Positions 26,558 to 37,720 of a stretch of 64,000 nt of DNA are shown here, in pieces. The DNA lies in assembly GCA_963702455.1 (NCBI GenBank), contig CAVPCV010000005.1:82371-146370 (forward strand), given 5' to 3'. The notes under the pieces are model-generated. The model made no database searches, was not told the DNA's origin, and saw only the letters and a program-made list of their open reading frames with translations. Source of the stretch: an uncultured Methanosarcinales archaeon. GTDB taxonomy: Archaea; Halobacteriota; Methanosarcinia; Methanotrichales; Methanotrichaceae. Numbering within the stretch: position 1 is the first letter of the stretch; each line of letters begins with the position of its first letter. A program made the position numbers and the translations under genes.

Positions 26558-26759
26558 ACCTAACTTTTATTTCGATTTCTATTGCTTTAACCAGCACATC
26601 CTTTAGAATTATGGTTCAGCTCTAAACTATATATGCTAATTATAAACTTAGTATATAATATGTCTCACCCAGTAGAGATCCAGATTGAACATCATATGTG
26701 CATAGAGGAACTTAAAAAACGGCCTCAGAGGCTTGGTCAAGAGTTTTTGGCTTTCTGCA

Positions 26760-27010
26760 ACTGAGCAACTTTTGCAGGAAAAAGTTATTTATGGCAACTG
26801 CCAAGCAGTCTCTGGCAAAAGATGAAGCTGAAAGAAGGAGACGAATTCGTAACGGAAGATCTGGGAAAGGATACGATTGTCCTCAAGAAGATCAACCTGC
26901 GGGCACGTCTGGAGGATGCAATTGTTAAAGCTAAGTCGGTAGATTTGGATAAGCTGGAAAAAGAGATCGAAAAGGAGAGCAATCAGCTTGCTCGACAGAA
27001 GTTCAAGTAA
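26760..27010 (+). pseudogene. AbrB/MazE-type antitoxin-like gene, 5' part degraded
   Basis: KLKEGDEFV....DTIVLKKI swapped-hairpin pattern; no adjacent toxin seen. Confidence 0.55.
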
Positions 27011-27134
27011 TGAACCGGTAGATGGAGAAGTAGGCAGACATTATTCATCATCCATATCGCGGCTCGAACCCATGAATTCGGATCGGCGATCCGAAGGCGA
27101 TGCTGCCGCCTGCTTCTCCCCCCTCGGGGCCGGC

Positions 27135-27633
27135 CTACAGCAGTAGTTCATACTTGACTTTGGTAACCATGCTGCCCCACAGCTCATGCGTCAGCTCCTC
27201 CGACTGCCTGAATCCCACGGATTGATAGAGCCTCGCTGCTATGGGAAGCGTATTCACTGTCCAGAGAAATGCAGATGAGTATCCCGCATCCCGACAGAAA
27301 TCCAGAGCCTCTTCTACGAGCTTCCTCCCTATCCCATGCCTCCTCACCTCCGGGTGCAGGAGCAGCCAGCGGAGCTGAGCCTCTTTCTCGGAGAACTTCA
27401 CTATGGCCACGGAGCCAACGATCCGCTCTCCATCTTCGACGATCCATATGCGTTCCCGGGCGATGGCGATCTGGCAAACTCGGCCAGAGGAATGGCGACA
27501 TAAGCGTCAAAGGTATGATCCCAGCCTTGCTCAGGGGCGTACAGAATTCCGTGCAGGTATGTGATATAACCCACATCACCTGGCCGGAGGTCATGCGAAT
27601 GGAAATTCGGTGATCGAAGAAGGGCTCGCTCAT
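27135..27633 (-). CDS. GNAT-family N-acetyltransferase (frameshifted)
   Basis: AQLRWLLLHPEVRRHGIGRKLV, ARLYQSVGF motifs. Confidence 0.85.
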
Positions 27634-27693
27634 GATGCTCTGGCTTATGTTACAGATGAATAATCAATTTATCGAATTATCGAAGACTTCAAC

Positions 27694-28881
27694 TCATATC
27701 ATCAGAAATCCGTTTGGCTCCAGGCTGGTTGCCAGCATCACCATATTGATCTCTCGGTGTTCTGTCCAGGTGCTGGCTTCCCTGTTCTTGCCATCTATCC
27801 AGAACTGTTCGATCTTTTCTCCGAGCGGCATATATCCCATAAGCTCTTCAACCTGCTTATCTAGCTGGCCCAGGCAGAACAATCCTGGGTTCTTCTCCAT
27901 CCATTTTGCCAGGTCTTCGAACGCCGCAAGGCCGATAGACAGCCCGAGTTCCCGAAATGCCAGGCGATAGCCGGCGGGATAAGCCAGTGTTTCGCTACTC
28001 GCAAAAGCCTTCACTCCCAGAAGGGCGGAGCCCACAACCGCTTCCAGCATACTCATATCCTTTATGGCACCCTTAATCATCAACTGGGCAATTCTTGAGG
28101 CATCGAAGAGAAGGCCGCCAATGCCGAGTGGATCGTCTGTGGGCAAGCTAATGCCCCGACAGATTTTGGCCATTTCTGCGATCTCTTGCTTGAGATCGAG
28201 CGGGGTCGGTTCTTTGAATTCGAAATCTCTGGACGCTGCTGCCTGGAGCTCATTGTAGGTAACAAAGCCGTCGAGTGGGTCGTGCTGGCCCATGGATGAT
28301 ACCAGCGGATAGGTGAGGTCGATGCTCATCTTCCAGTACATCCTCTTCCGGCCCCCATGAGGAGTCGGGTAAGTGAACCTGCTATGGGCTGTTTTTGCCA
28401 GCTCCATCGCCCACCTGGTATAGGTAGAGTCTCCGGTAACATGGGCCACGCAGTTGAGGGCGTGCATCCACTTGGTCAGGTAATGGTAGTACTGCCCGTC
28501 CTGTTCCCATTCCAGACGCTCATTGGGCGGCTCATCAATCCGGCGTTCGTTCATCTGCTTTCCAATGCGCAGGCCCCTCACAGTCGGATGACGCTTGCCC
28601 TCCTGCTCATCAAGGCCGCTGATCCAGCCCCGTCTCGGGTCGTCATCTCGGTGCCGGCCGAGGGTGTTATGCACCTGGTCTACGAGGGATAGGGCAAGGT
28701 CCCGATAAGTTTCGTCATCGGTCTGGCGGGATAGCTCGAGGTAATTGCAGACCGCGAACGCGTCCGTCCATAGGTAGCGCCGGGGATGGGAATCACTTGA
28801 TACCAATCCCGAAAGTCCAGTCAGACGGCCAAAGTCCAGCATGATATCCTGAGCAAGCGCACAGGCCTTGTCTTGGTCCAT
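27694..28881 (-). CDS. Conserved hypothetical protein, possible (alpha/alpha)6 glycosidase-like fold
   Basis: Intact 395-aa ORF with RYLWTDAF, DGQYYHYLTKW, WKMSIDL, HDPLDG motifs; the fold is inferred. Confidence 0.7.
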   Translation of the reverse strand: MDQDKACALAQDIMLDFGRLTGLSGLVSSDSHPRRYLWTDAFAVCNYLELSRQTDDETYRDLALSLVDQVHNTLGRHRDDDPRRGWISGLDEQEGKRHPTVRGLRIGKQMNERRIDEPPNERLEWEQDGQYYHYLTKWMHALNCVAHVTGDSTYTRWAMELAKTAHSRFTYPTPHGGRKRMYWKMSIDLTYPLVSSMGQHDPLDGFVTYNELQAAASRDFEFKEPTPLDLKQEIAEMAKICRGISLPTDDPLGIGGLLFDASRIAQLMIKGAIKDMSMLEAVVGSALLGVKAFASSETLAYPAGYRLAFRELGLSIGLAAFEDLAKWMEKNPGLFCLGQLDKQVEELMGYMPLGEKIEQFWIDGKNREASTWTEHREINMVMLATSLEPNGFLMI

Positions 28882-28904
28882 TCTTCATCTCCATTTCCTT
28901 ATGT

Positions 28905-30761
28905 TTATCCATTCAAGGACCAAATTCTTCCATAATTGCTGGGCACAGTGATCTCTCTTTCCTCTCCCGCAGACACTTGGAAGCTATACTGCTTCTGCTC
29001 ATGCAGCTCCTCACCATAAATTCCGGCCAGAGGGAACCGGAAGGAGACTGTCTGATCGCGATCTGTGAAATTGAGAGCGATGAGGCTGAATGTATCCCTT
29101 AACCCTCGCGAGAAGAGCAACACTCCCTTGGACTGGTATCTCTGAGGATCGTCATAGAACCAATGATCGCCATACTGGAACTGGGGCTTCCTACGCAGTT
29201 TCATCAGTCTTCGCACCAGCCAGATCATCTTCTTGCCATATGAATCGTAAAAGTAGTCCCATCTCATGGGCCTGAACATCACCACTCTTCCCAGACCGCC
29301 TTCGGGCACATAGTAATTCTCGCAGAACTCCTGACCCTGCCAGAGCATCGGGATTCCCTTGGCCATCATCATGGCTATCAGGTAAGGCTGGACCTTATAC
29401 CAGCGACTTCTGTCTCCTTCTTTCAGCAGATCGTTGCTGTCCCTGGAGATGGTACCGAAGTTGCAGACGAAGCGGAAGTGATCATGATTCTCAATGTACT
29501 GCAGTGCGGTCTTCTTGATGCGATCATCGTTGACCTCGACCTCGGTTGGAAAACCGGCGAGACCCAGCCGGTGTCCCAGGTCGGTCAGCCTCTCCGACAT
29601 CTGAGTTGCGACGGCAGTAGCAGCATCAAATGTCTGGTTCTGCCAGGTGCTGTTGCAGTAAGTCTTCTCCAGGACCTCCACAGGACCTTCCAGTTGCTCC
29701 GCACATTGGATGAAGTTGATTTCATCTTCGTTGAAAAACCTCTGCCAGTGGTCTTTAGATCCCGCTTTTGCCTTGACCAATTGATATGTCTCATAAACCA
29801 GGTTGGAAAAGCCCTGGCCGGTTGGGCCATCCCAGTAGTTGGGAACGCAGTCGTATCTGAATCCATCTACGTGATAGGTATCCAACCAGTGGTTATTGAC
29901 CGTAAAGAAGAAGTCCCTCGTCAGAGCTCTCTTGAAATCGGTGCTCTCTCCAAATAGGTCTTTGGCGAAAGGTCCCATGAAGGGGTTCTCGGCATACCCC
30001 AGCTCTCTGTAAAGATAGGAGTAAGGAAACAGACTGTCGGTATGGCCATAGACCATATCAAGGATAACGGCTATTCCTCTGTTATGGGCTGCCTCGATCA
30101 GCCTCTGCATGTCCCTTCTCTTGCCAAACCTCTCATCAACGCCAAAGTAGCCAATGGGGAGGAAGCCCCAGTCTGTGGTATTGGCAACATTTGTGACCGG
30201 CATGATCTCAATGCAGTTAATGCCGAGATCGGAGAGATAATCGAGATGGTGAATCGTAGTATCTATATCTCCACCAAACTCGTTTATCATCAGCTCGTAG
30301 ATGACCAGCTCCTCCTGGGTTGGAGTCTTCCATGACTCTTCATTCTCGCTCCAGATATGGGGCTCGTATCCCAGAGTGAAGGCTGATAGCTTCCCAACAC
30401 CGAATTCTCGAGCGTATGGATCTATGATCCAGTCGATGGGCTCTTTATCCGGCCTCTCCAGTAGATATCTGTAGACATACCTTCCTGCGGTCCCCCACGC
30501 GGATTTGGGGTGGGGTTTGGAATAGGAATCGATTTCAACCCGGGCCGACCAGTAGTCCCCATATTCGGGGTCGGTAGAGTGTTCCATCTTGAAGAACATC
30601 GGCGGTATATCCTGCAAGAACTGATCCAGCTCATGGATGACCTTGACCCAGATTTCATTGCCATTTTCATCCGATACCCAGGGAAAGAGTACACCGAAGT
30701 CGGCAACGCCATCCGGGGTACATCTGGCGCCTAATTTTTCCATTGGCAAGTGATTCATCAT
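28905..30761 (-). CDS. GH13 alpha-amylase-family glycosidase (branching enzyme/TreZ-like)
   Basis: IDPYARE, IYEL, LDMVYGH, DGFRYD, CAEQ, ENHDH conserved regions. Confidence 0.88.
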   Translation of the reverse strand: MMNHLPMEKLGARCTPDGVADFGVLFPWVSDENGNEIWVKVIHELDQFLQDIPPMFFKMEHSTDPEYGDYWSARVEIDSYSKPHPKSAWGTAGRYVYRYLLERPDKEPIDWIIDPYAREFGVGKLSAFTLGYEPHIWSENEESWKTPTQEELVIYELMINEFGGDIDTTIHHLDYLSDLGINCIEIMPVTNVANTTDWGFLPIGYFGVDERFGKRRDMQRLIEAAHNRGIAVILDMVYGHTDSLFPYSYLYRELGYAENPFMGPFAKDLFGESTDFKRALTRDFFFTVNNHWLDTYHVDGFRYDCVPNYWDGPTGQGFSNLVYETYQLVKAKAGSKDHWQRFFNEDEINFIQCAEQLEGPVEVLEKTYCNSTWQNQTFDAATAVATQMSERLTDLGHRLGLAGFPTEVEVNDDRIKKTALQYIENHDHFRFVCNFGTISRDSNDLLKEGDRSRWYKVQPYLIAMMMAKGIPMLWQGQEFCENYYVPEGGLGRVVMFRPMRWDYFYDSYGKKMIWLVRRLMKLRRKPQFQYGDHWFYDDPQRYQSKGVLLFSRGLRDTFSLIALNFTDRDQTVSFRFPLAGIYGEELHEQKQYSFQVSAGEEREITVPSNYGRIWSLNG

Positions 30762-31159
30762 TGACCTCCTCCTCTTCCTCGAATCGATAGAATAGCCGCC
30801 TTTTTGAACCATATCTATCAGCAGTAACAGAAACCTAAACGCAGGAGACTCTCCTAATAACTTCTATTGTCATTTATACTAATTAAAGATTATGAAAGAT
30901 GCATTTGAAGCTCCGCCTGCGGCTACTCTACCAGTTGAAATGTGGCTGGCCACTGCACCTCCTCGCGCTCCTCCGGCAAGACCTCCCTCTTTTCGATCCA
31001 GCTCCTCTCCTCCCACCTCCTTTGAATGAGCAGATCTTATAAATAATTCAGTATGTGTAGCATATTGGCAAAAGCGTTTATATCACTCTAGATCTCTCGT
31101 CGGTTGGAAAATCGAGATGAGATCTGTGAAAATTGAAAGGGAGATCCCGTGATGCACTT

Positions 31160-32251
31160 ATGGTGAGCCAGCAACAGAAAGAAACGGTCGGCATAGCCTC
31201 TATTGGCTACTACATCCCTGAGAATATTCTCACCAGCAGCGAGATGTCGAGTCTCTCCGGCATACCATTGCCGGTATTCCTGGAGAAGATCGGGATGGAG
31301 AAGAAGCATATCGCGGCAGCAGATGAGCAGCCCTCGGATATGGGCATTCGCGCCGCCAGGGAGGCCGTTGCCAGGGCGGGGATCAACCCGGGAGAAATAG
31401 GAATAATCGCGTACTGCGGTGCCAGCTTTTACGACTACAGGGTCTGGTCTCCCGCGGCGAGGATCCAGGCGGCACTCGGCGCTGATAACTGCTACGCTTT
31501 TGAGGTCAAGAACGGCTGCAACGGCGGGAACCTGGGAGTTAACCTGTGCAAGAATCTGTTGCTGGGAGACACGGAAAAAGAGTATGCTCTGGTCGTCTGC
31601 TCAGAAAAGTTCTCCAATTCCATTGACTACACAGATCCCAATTCTCTTTCGCTCTTCATGGTGGGGGATGGGGCGGTGGCAGCGGTGCTGAAGAAGGGAG
31701 AGACCACGAACCAGCTGCTCGATTATGCCTCGCTGACGGATGGGTCGACTGTCGATTGCGTCAAGGTTCCCATGGGCGGAACCAGGCTTCCCTACACTGC
31801 CGCCCCGGGTTCGGCAAACAGGCTGAACTATATATGTGTGGACGACCCGGAAGGGCTTGATCGAATCCTGTCATTGACCTACCTGGAGAACTACGTGAAA
31901 GTGATCAGAAGAGCCGCGGAAAAGAGCGGCCATTCCCTGAAGGATATCGATTTCCTCTTCACCAATCAGGTCAAGAGAAGCCTCTCTCGTGATATATTCC
32001 AATCCGTTGGCTTGGGCGAGGAGAATACTGTAACCTCCATAAGAGACTACGGCCACATGGGCACTGTCGATACCCTCTTCAACCTCGGGCGAGCGATGGA
32101 AAAGGAATTGATAAAACCCGGCTGCCTGGCTGTTATCGCCAGCAGTGGCGCGGGCTTCACCTGGGCGGCGATGGCCTTGAAGTTCAATGAGTCGACAAAA
32201 TCCAACTTCAAAAAAATTGCGCCAGATCAGGAGCAAAGGCTCAGATCTTGA
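31160..32251 (+). CDS. 3-oxoacyl-ACP synthase III (FabH)-like condensing enzyme
   Basis: GYYIPE, NGCNGG, GDGAVA, GAGFTW motifs. Confidence 0.85.
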   Translation: MVSQQQKETVGIASIGYYIPENILTSSEMSSLSGIPLPVFLEKIGMEKKHIAAADEQPSDMGIRAAREAVARAGINPGEIGIIAYCGASFYDYRVWSPAARIQAALGADNCYAFEVKNGCNGGNLGVNLCKNLLLGDTEKEYALVVCSEKFSNSIDYTDPNSLSLFMVGDGAVAAVLKKGETTNQLLDYASLTDGSTVDCVKVPMGGTRLPYTAAPGSANRLNYICVDDPEGLDRILSLTYLENYVKVIRRAAEKSGHSLKDIDFLFTNQVKRSLSRDIFQSVGLGEENTVTSIRDYGHMGTVDTLFNLGRAMEKELIKPGCLAVIASSGAGFTWAAMALKFNESTKSNFKKIAPDQEQRLRS

Positions 32252-33365
32252 CGAATTTGCTCTTGGGAGCGCCGCATGGGCACTTCCAGGTGGAAGGTAG
32301 CCTCTCAAAGGGAACACCATCGTTCTCAGCCGGATCGTAGATGTAGCCGCATACCGTACACCTCCACTTGGTGGCAGGATTGCTTCCATTGCTCGCTGTC
32401 CTCGTATTAGGCACCTCCAAGGCGGAGACTATGGCTTCGGCAAACTCCTGAGAAGCAGCTGGACCATTTCCTGTGATTATGCTTCCATCCTGCACCACTG
32501 CTTCGTCTGATACAATCGCGCCTTTGGATTTGATGTGATCCGTTTCCGATGCAGTGGCTCTCTTGCCTTTGAGAAGGCCGGCGTCTGCCAGGATCCAGGG
32601 ACCCAGACAGATGGCTCCAGTTAGCTTCTTTTGTGCTATGGCTGACTTTGCCAGAGCCTGGTAGTCGGGATCTTCGTGAAGCTTGAGTGAGTAGATTCCT
32701 TCGCCCCCCACGAAGACCACGGCGATGTAGTCCGATAGCTTGACGTTCTTCAGATCCAGATCTACATCGATGCTCTCACCGTTCATTCCCGTGGCAGTCT
32801 TCACTCCCTTGGAGGCCAGGACGACGGAGTAGCCCCTGCTCCGGAAATAATCGCGAGGCACATTCAGCTCTTCCTCCTGATACTGCTGAGGAGAAAGGAC
32901 CATCAGGATCTTTCCTTTGCCGGAAGCTTCATCGGACTCGGGCGTGAAACTACCGCTCGACGTCTTTTCGGAAAATGCTGGAGTCGAGATAGTTATGTCA
33001 ATCGATTTCTTCGCAGAGTCATTTACACTGTTGTAGAACTCGTTTTCCTGCAAATTCACGTCGTTTCCGTCTTCCACTTCCGGCTGGCTGTATTCTGGTG
33101 AGGTGTACCCGGATGTGCTATCTTCAAGGGCTGCCTGACAGGATACCGGCATGAAATTGCCCGCATATGCAGAGTAGCAGGAGGGGCAGGGTGTATAGGG
33201 GTTGATGCTCGCGGCCTGGGCCGGGGTTAGGCTGATGATATATCCGCAGACAGGGCACTGCCAGCAAGCGTTGCCAGTATCTGCTTCCAAATCATGCTGA
33301 GCAGATACTGAAAATGTCCCTGCCAGCAACAGGAGAATGACTATTGTCAGGAATGAGGTCTTCAT
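32241..33365 (-). CDS. Secreted DJ-1/PfpI protein with N-terminal CxxC..CxxC domain and C-terminal rubredoxin
   Basis: Signal peptide; [54 protein letters not shown]. Confidence 0.85.
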   Translation of the reverse strand: MKTSFLTIVILLLLAGTFSVSAQHDLEADTGNACWQCPVCGYIISLTPAQAASINPYTPCPSCYSAYAGNFMPVSCQAALEDSTSGYTSPEYSQPEVEDGNDVNLQENEFYNSVNDSAKKSIDITISTPAFSEKTSSGSFTPESDEASGKGKILMVLSPQQYQEEELNVPRDYFRSRGYSVVLASKGVKTATGMNGESIDVDLDLKNVKLSDYIAVVFVGGEGIYSLKLHEDPDYQALAKSAIAQKKLTGAICLGPWILADAGLLKGKRATASETDHIKSKGAIVSDEAVVQDGSIITGNGPAASQEFAEAIVSALEVPNTRTASNGSNPATKWRCTVCGYIYDPAENDGVPFERLPSTWKCPCGAPKSKFVKI

Positions 33366-33533
33366 TACAGGACAGTTTTGAAGGCCGAAGAATAAATAGA
33401 TCTGCGAATCTGAAGTACTTTTATCATCAAGGTCGTATATATAGAATAAAAAAAATAGCATATCGACAACTGAGAATCGAGCCGGTGCAGAACACGGTTG
33501 CAGCTCGGTCGCAATCGATGTTGCTTCACAATT

Positions 33534-33794
33534 TTATTGGCCTCTATCCCTTTTCGACCTTAATCCCGATCGATAAAGTTTCGGCAGCCCTGCTACAAAG
33601 TGGCTGTAAGGTCTTCCTGCAGCGGCCAGATAGATGAAGATCGCGGCCCATGCCCAGGCAGCTAGAGCAAAAGGTAATGTGATTATTATAAAGAAAGTGA
33701 GCATGAGGATCAGCCCGATGATGAATAGCAGAACTGCTATTATGACGTATAAGAGTCTTCTCGCAATGCCTATCTTCTCATTCAACGGATCCAT
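33534..33794 (-). CDS. Small membrane protein (two TM helices)
   Basis: Two long hydrophobic stretches. Confidence 0.55.
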   Translation of the reverse strand: MDPLNEKIGIARRLLYVIIAVLLFIIGLILMLTFFIIITLPFALAAWAWAAIFIYLAAAGRPYSHFVAGLPKLYRSGLRSKRDRGQ

Positions 33795-33916
33795 ACCTAC
33801 CTGGTTACTGGTAATGTACTGGAAGATATATCTTCTTGCTGTCAGACAGCGCTATTCTTGCCTCCAGTACAAGAGCTAAACGACGGCGGCGTACCCGCGC
33901 AGCAAGCTGCTGGTAT

Positions 33917-34280
33917 TTAAAATAATAAACTATCAAAAAACCTGATGAATTGATTGAGAACAATTAAAGGCTCTTGAAAGTTCACATAGAAGAGGTTGAG
34001 ACTTGGACCACTCTCTACTGGAATCAGAAGGTGGGGATTCAGCTCCGATAAGAACTCGTCCCAAAGTGCCTTGTTTTTGCCTATGTACCCTCCATCAGTT
34101 CCCTGCACTCCTTCAAGTCTAGGTCCACAACCTCTATGCCATGAGATTCCATGAAAATATCCATAATATCCAGTCCTCCCTGGCTGCTACATCCGTCAAA
34201 ACGGTTAATCAATGTTCAATCAAATATTTGCCGGTCTCCCACTTGATCGAACCGTACTCTGAGTCTCCTCCATCGACTGC
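33917..34280 (-). pseudogene. Possible degraded hypothetical gene
   Basis: Coding-like fragments (ORF 33917-34108) broken by stops and frameshifts. Confidence 0.3.
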
Positions 34281-34514
34281 AAAGATCGTCAAGAGCTCGA
34301 TTCCGCTGATTTATCTGAAATTATCTGAACTGGAACGTCTTGTGCAGAATGGACTGTTGTGGCTGTAAATTTCAGATTAATTATTATTACTAAATATTCA
34401 AAATTTGAAATCTATGTTAGTTTAGTTGTTATCGCATCCAAATCCATTGTTAGATCGACAATTTTAAATATAACAAGCTAAAATTATTGTTGTAGATAAG
34501 AGTGGGGGTCTAAG

Positions 34515-35210
34515 ATGGGTACTGGATACAACTGGGCAGGGGATGCAATTGTCAGGGATACGATCATGTGGGATAAGAGAGTCGTCATAGGCAACTCTGG
34601 CGTTTACATCCCAACCGATATTCGGGAATGGCTCTCCTGCACCGGGAGCGAGGTTATTATCAGAGCTTTGCAGGAGATAGGTCTTCCCTCTGCGCGGGAG
34701 GCCGGCACCTTTGATATTAGAGCCTGGAGAATCTGGGATTACGTCGCAAGAAATGTGCAATACATCACCGATAAGAAATGCTTCGGCCTGGGGGACTTCT
34801 GGCTTTTTCCTGAGGAGACGCTCGTGCTTCGTAAAGGAGACTGCGAGGACTCCTCATTCCTGCTGGGCGCTCTTCTCCTGGCCAGCGGAGTTTCAGATCA
34901 ATGCGTGAGGGTGGTGCTGGGCCGGGTCGTCTCTCCGGAAGTAACCTATGGCCATGCTTGGGTAGTCTACCAGAGCGAGTCCGGTCAGTGGTGTCTTCTG
35001 GAATCCACATTGGACTGTGTACCTGAGCGACTAGCGCCTGCCGATCCCTTTGCAGTGCCCGGCAATCAATACCAGTACCAGCCCCAGTTCTGCCTGAATG
35101 CCTCTCACCTCTGGTCGATGGCGCCCATCAGGACGGAGATGGCCGATTACCTGAAAATGCGTGCCAAACCCAAGAGAACGGAGGCCGCTTCCATAAGGGT
35201 GACTTTGTAA
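34515..35210 (+). CDS. Transglutaminase-like cysteine peptidase (BTLCP-like)
   Basis: DFWLFPEETL..GDCEDS..GHAWV..LLEST motifs. Confidence 0.82.
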   Translation: MGTGYNWAGDAIVRDTIMWDKRVVIGNSGVYIPTDIREWLSCTGSEVIIRALQEIGLPSAREAGTFDIRAWRIWDYVARNVQYITDKKCFGLGDFWLFPEETLVLRKGDCEDSSFLLGALLLASGVSDQCVRVVLGRVVSPEVTYGHAWVVYQSESGQWCLLESTLDCVPERLAPADPFAVPGNQYQYQPQFCLNASHLWSMAPIRTEMADYLKMRAKPKRTEAASIRVTL

Positions 35211-35282
35211 ATCTCCCTCGGGTGTAGTTCGTGATCTTGGTGATGCAGAAGACCCGGATTTTTATTTCTCTTGCACATTGAT

Positions 35283-35735
35283 TCAGGAATCCAGCCCAAT
35301 ATATCCATCTTTTCGGGAGCGAGCGCCCTCCAGCATCCTTTCCATCTTTTTCCAGTGCCCCCCCCGCCAGTAGAGCTTCTTGCAGCCTGGACACTCCCAC
35401 CACCGAGATTGCTCGGATTCGACTTCCTGCAAAAGTGTGTTGCACAGCGTGCATCTCTGGGGATCAAGCCGCAGGGGCACTCCCTCTCTGGCCATCTCCA
35501 GCAGCTGATCGGAAATTTTGGAGGAGCGGATGAAAAGGCCCTTCACACCCGCACCCCGGCAGGCCTGGAATAGTCTCTTGTCCCTGGTAATGATGGTCCT
35601 GCCCTCTTCCTTTGCCTGACTCAAAAGCGCGTCGTCGCTGCTGCCTTCGGGATTGGCCACATCCTGCCCCAGGAGCCGCATCCACCTTCCCAGGCGCATG
35701 AGCATCAGATCTACCAGAAAACGGTTTTGTTCCAC
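35283..35735 (-). CDS. Mut7-C RNase domain protein (DUF82)
   Basis: FLVDLML.RLGRWMRLLG, RCTLCN, CPGCKKLYW.G.H motifs. Confidence 0.88.
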   Translation of the reverse strand: MEQNRFLVDLMLMRLGRWMRLLGQDVANPEGSSDDALLSQAKEEGRTIITRDKRLFQACRGAGVKGLFIRSSKISDQLLEMAREGVPLRLDPQRCTLCNTLLQEVESEQSRWWECPGCKKLYWRGGHWKKMERMLEGARSRKDGYIGLDS

Positions 35736-35788
35736 CTCCCAGCTTTAGCATCCGCAACTATTTATCGATTGATCTCGACCCTACTGCT

Positions 35789-37720
35789 ATGAAGAAGGCG
35801 ATGAGCAATGTGGACGTCGCTGCCATTGTGGAGGAGCTTCGGGACAGGATCCTGGGCGGCTTCATGGGCAAGGCCTACCAGCAATCCTCAGACAAAATCT
35901 GGCTCTCGGTTCAGTCTCCTGCCGAAGGTCGGCTTGATCTGCTCTTGGAGGCAGGGAGACGGGTTCACATCACCAGCGGCGAACGACCCGCCTCCAAGAC
36001 GCCGCCTCAGTTTCCCACCATGCTGCGCAGCCACCTTTCCGGTGGCAGGATCGTCGACATCCAGCAGTACGACTTCGACCGCGTGCTTGAGATCGCAGTG
36101 GAGCGGAGCGGAATTCGCAATTATCTCATCATCGAGCTCTTTCCCAAGGGCAGCATGGTGTTGCTTGATGAATCCAGGCTGATCCTCAGCATGCTCAGGA
36201 AGATGCTCTACCGGGGAAGCAAAATGGCAGCAGGCGAGCAGTACCTCTACCATCCCGGCCAGCTCGATCCGAGGACTATCTCCCGGGAAGACCTGGCCGT
36301 CTGGTTGGCCTCCTCCGGCCAGGATCTGGTGAGGTCTCTGGTGCGGGGATTGAACATGGGCGGAACCTACGGCGAGGAGGTGTGCCTGGTTGCGGGAGTT
36401 GATAAGAACAAGCAGGCGATAGATTTAGACGCCGAAGAGATCGATCGGGTCCATAGGGCTTTAAAGGAGGTCTTTTTGGATGAAACCCTCGACCCGCACA
36501 TTATTATTAAGGACGGAGAGCCCTTTGATGTCCTGTCCAGACCACTGAAGCTCTATCTGGGTCTGGAGCAGAAGCGCTTTGCCACCTTCAGCGAAGCCCT
36601 GGACGCCTTTTTCGTGAAAGTGGAGGAGGTATCGCCTCGCCAGGATCCTCTGGATCGCAGGATAGATCTGCAGCGCAAAGCAATTGAGGAGTTCAAGTCC
36701 CAGGAGAAGGCGTTCGTCCAGAAAGGAGAGTTGATCTACCAGATCTACGGCAGCGTGGATCAGATTCTTGTCTTGATGGCCGAGGCCAGAGTCAGGGGTT
36801 TTTCCTATAACCAGATCTGGGAGAGGATCAGCGGCTCTGGCCTTCCCCAGGCCAAGACCATTCTCTCTCTGGATGGCAAGGGAGAGATGCGGGTATTGCT
36901 GGAAGGAGCCGAGCTGGAGCTGAATGCCAATTTGACCGTCCCCCAGAACGCGCAAAGGTATTACGAGAAGGCCAAAGAGATGGCCCGCAAAGCCAGCGGT
37001 GCCAAAGGAGCTCTGGCCATCACCGAGGAACTGCGCGCAGGCATTGCCGGGCCCAAGAAGACGAGGGCTGCACAGGTGCACCGCCGCAGGAAGCCCAAGT
37101 GGTATGAGAGGTTCCGCTGGTTTTACTCCTCGGACGGATTTCTGGTGTTGGGCGGAAGGGACGCGGATACCAATGAGGAGATATATACCAAGTACCTGGA
37201 GAGGCGCGACCTGGCCATGCACACCGATGCGCCCGGAGCGCCCCTTACCGCTATCAAGACAGAGGGGGAGGAGGTTCCGGAGAGCACCCTCCAGGAGGCG
37301 GCCCAGTTTGCTGTGAGCTACTCCTCCGTCTGGAAGGGCGGACTTGTGGCTGCTGATTGCTATCTGATCAAAGGCGATCAAGTCAGCAAGACCCCGGAGT
37401 CGGGCGAGTTCTTGAAGAAAGGTGCCTTTGTCATTCGTGGCGAGCGCAGGTACTTCCGGGATGTCCCCCTGGGCATAGCCGTGGGCGTGGCAGACGGCGT
37501 CCTCATAGGCGGGCCTGTTTCGGCCATCAAGCCCAAAGCAGATCCGGCGGTGGAGATTGAGCCTGGCGAATTCAATGCCGACGATCTGGCCAAACGGATC
37601 TACAGGCAGTTCTCGGAGAAGGTGGAGGACAGGTCATTCTTGAAGGCCGCCGCGTCCGTGGACCAGATTGTTCAATTCCTGCCGCCGGGAGGATCGCGGG
37701 TAAAGGAGAACCACCTCTGA
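35789..37720 (+). CDS. rqcH: Ribosome rescue protein RqcH (NFACT family)
   Basis: MSNVDV, FDRV, NAQRYYEKAK, WYERFRWF, GGRDA, VSKTPESGEFL motifs. Confidence 0.92.
   Translation: MKKAMSNVDVAAIVEELRDRILGGFMGKAYQQSSDKIWLSVQSPAEGRLDLLLEAGRRVHITSGERPASKTPPQFPTMLRSHLSGGRIVDIQQYDFDRVLEIAVERSGIRNYLIIELFPKGSMVLLDESRLILSMLRKMLYRGSKMAAGEQYLYHPGQLDPRTISREDLAVWLASSGQDLVRSLVRGLNMGGTYGEEVCLVAGVDKNKQAIDLDAEEIDRVHRALKEVFLDETLDPHIIIKDGEPFDVLSRPLKLYLGLEQKRFATFSEALDAFFVKVEEVSPRQDPLDRRIDLQRKAIEEFKSQEKAFVQKGELIYQIYGSVDQILVLMAEARVRGFSYNQIWERISGSGLPQAKTILSLDGKGEMRVLLEGAELELNANLTVPQNAQRYYEKAKEMARKASGAKGALAITEELRAGIAGPKKTRAAQVHRRRKPKWYERFRWFYSSDGFLVLGGRDADTNEEIYTKYLERRDLAMHTDAPGAPLTAIKTEGEEVPESTLQEAAQFAVSYSSVWKGGLVAADCYLIKGDQVSKTPESGEFLKKGAFVIRGERRYFRDVPLGIAVGVADGVLIGGPVSAIKPKADPAVEIEPGEFNADDLAKRIYRQFSEKVEDRSFLKAAASVDQIVQFLPPGGSRVKENHL

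Noticed and set aside
27076..27115. Hairpin TTCGGATC/GATCCGAA followed by GGCGATG..CGCC as a fluoride riboswitch
   Set aside because: Lacks the downstream pseudoknot and CTGATG elements and has no gene downstream on that strand; more likely a terminator between convergent genes
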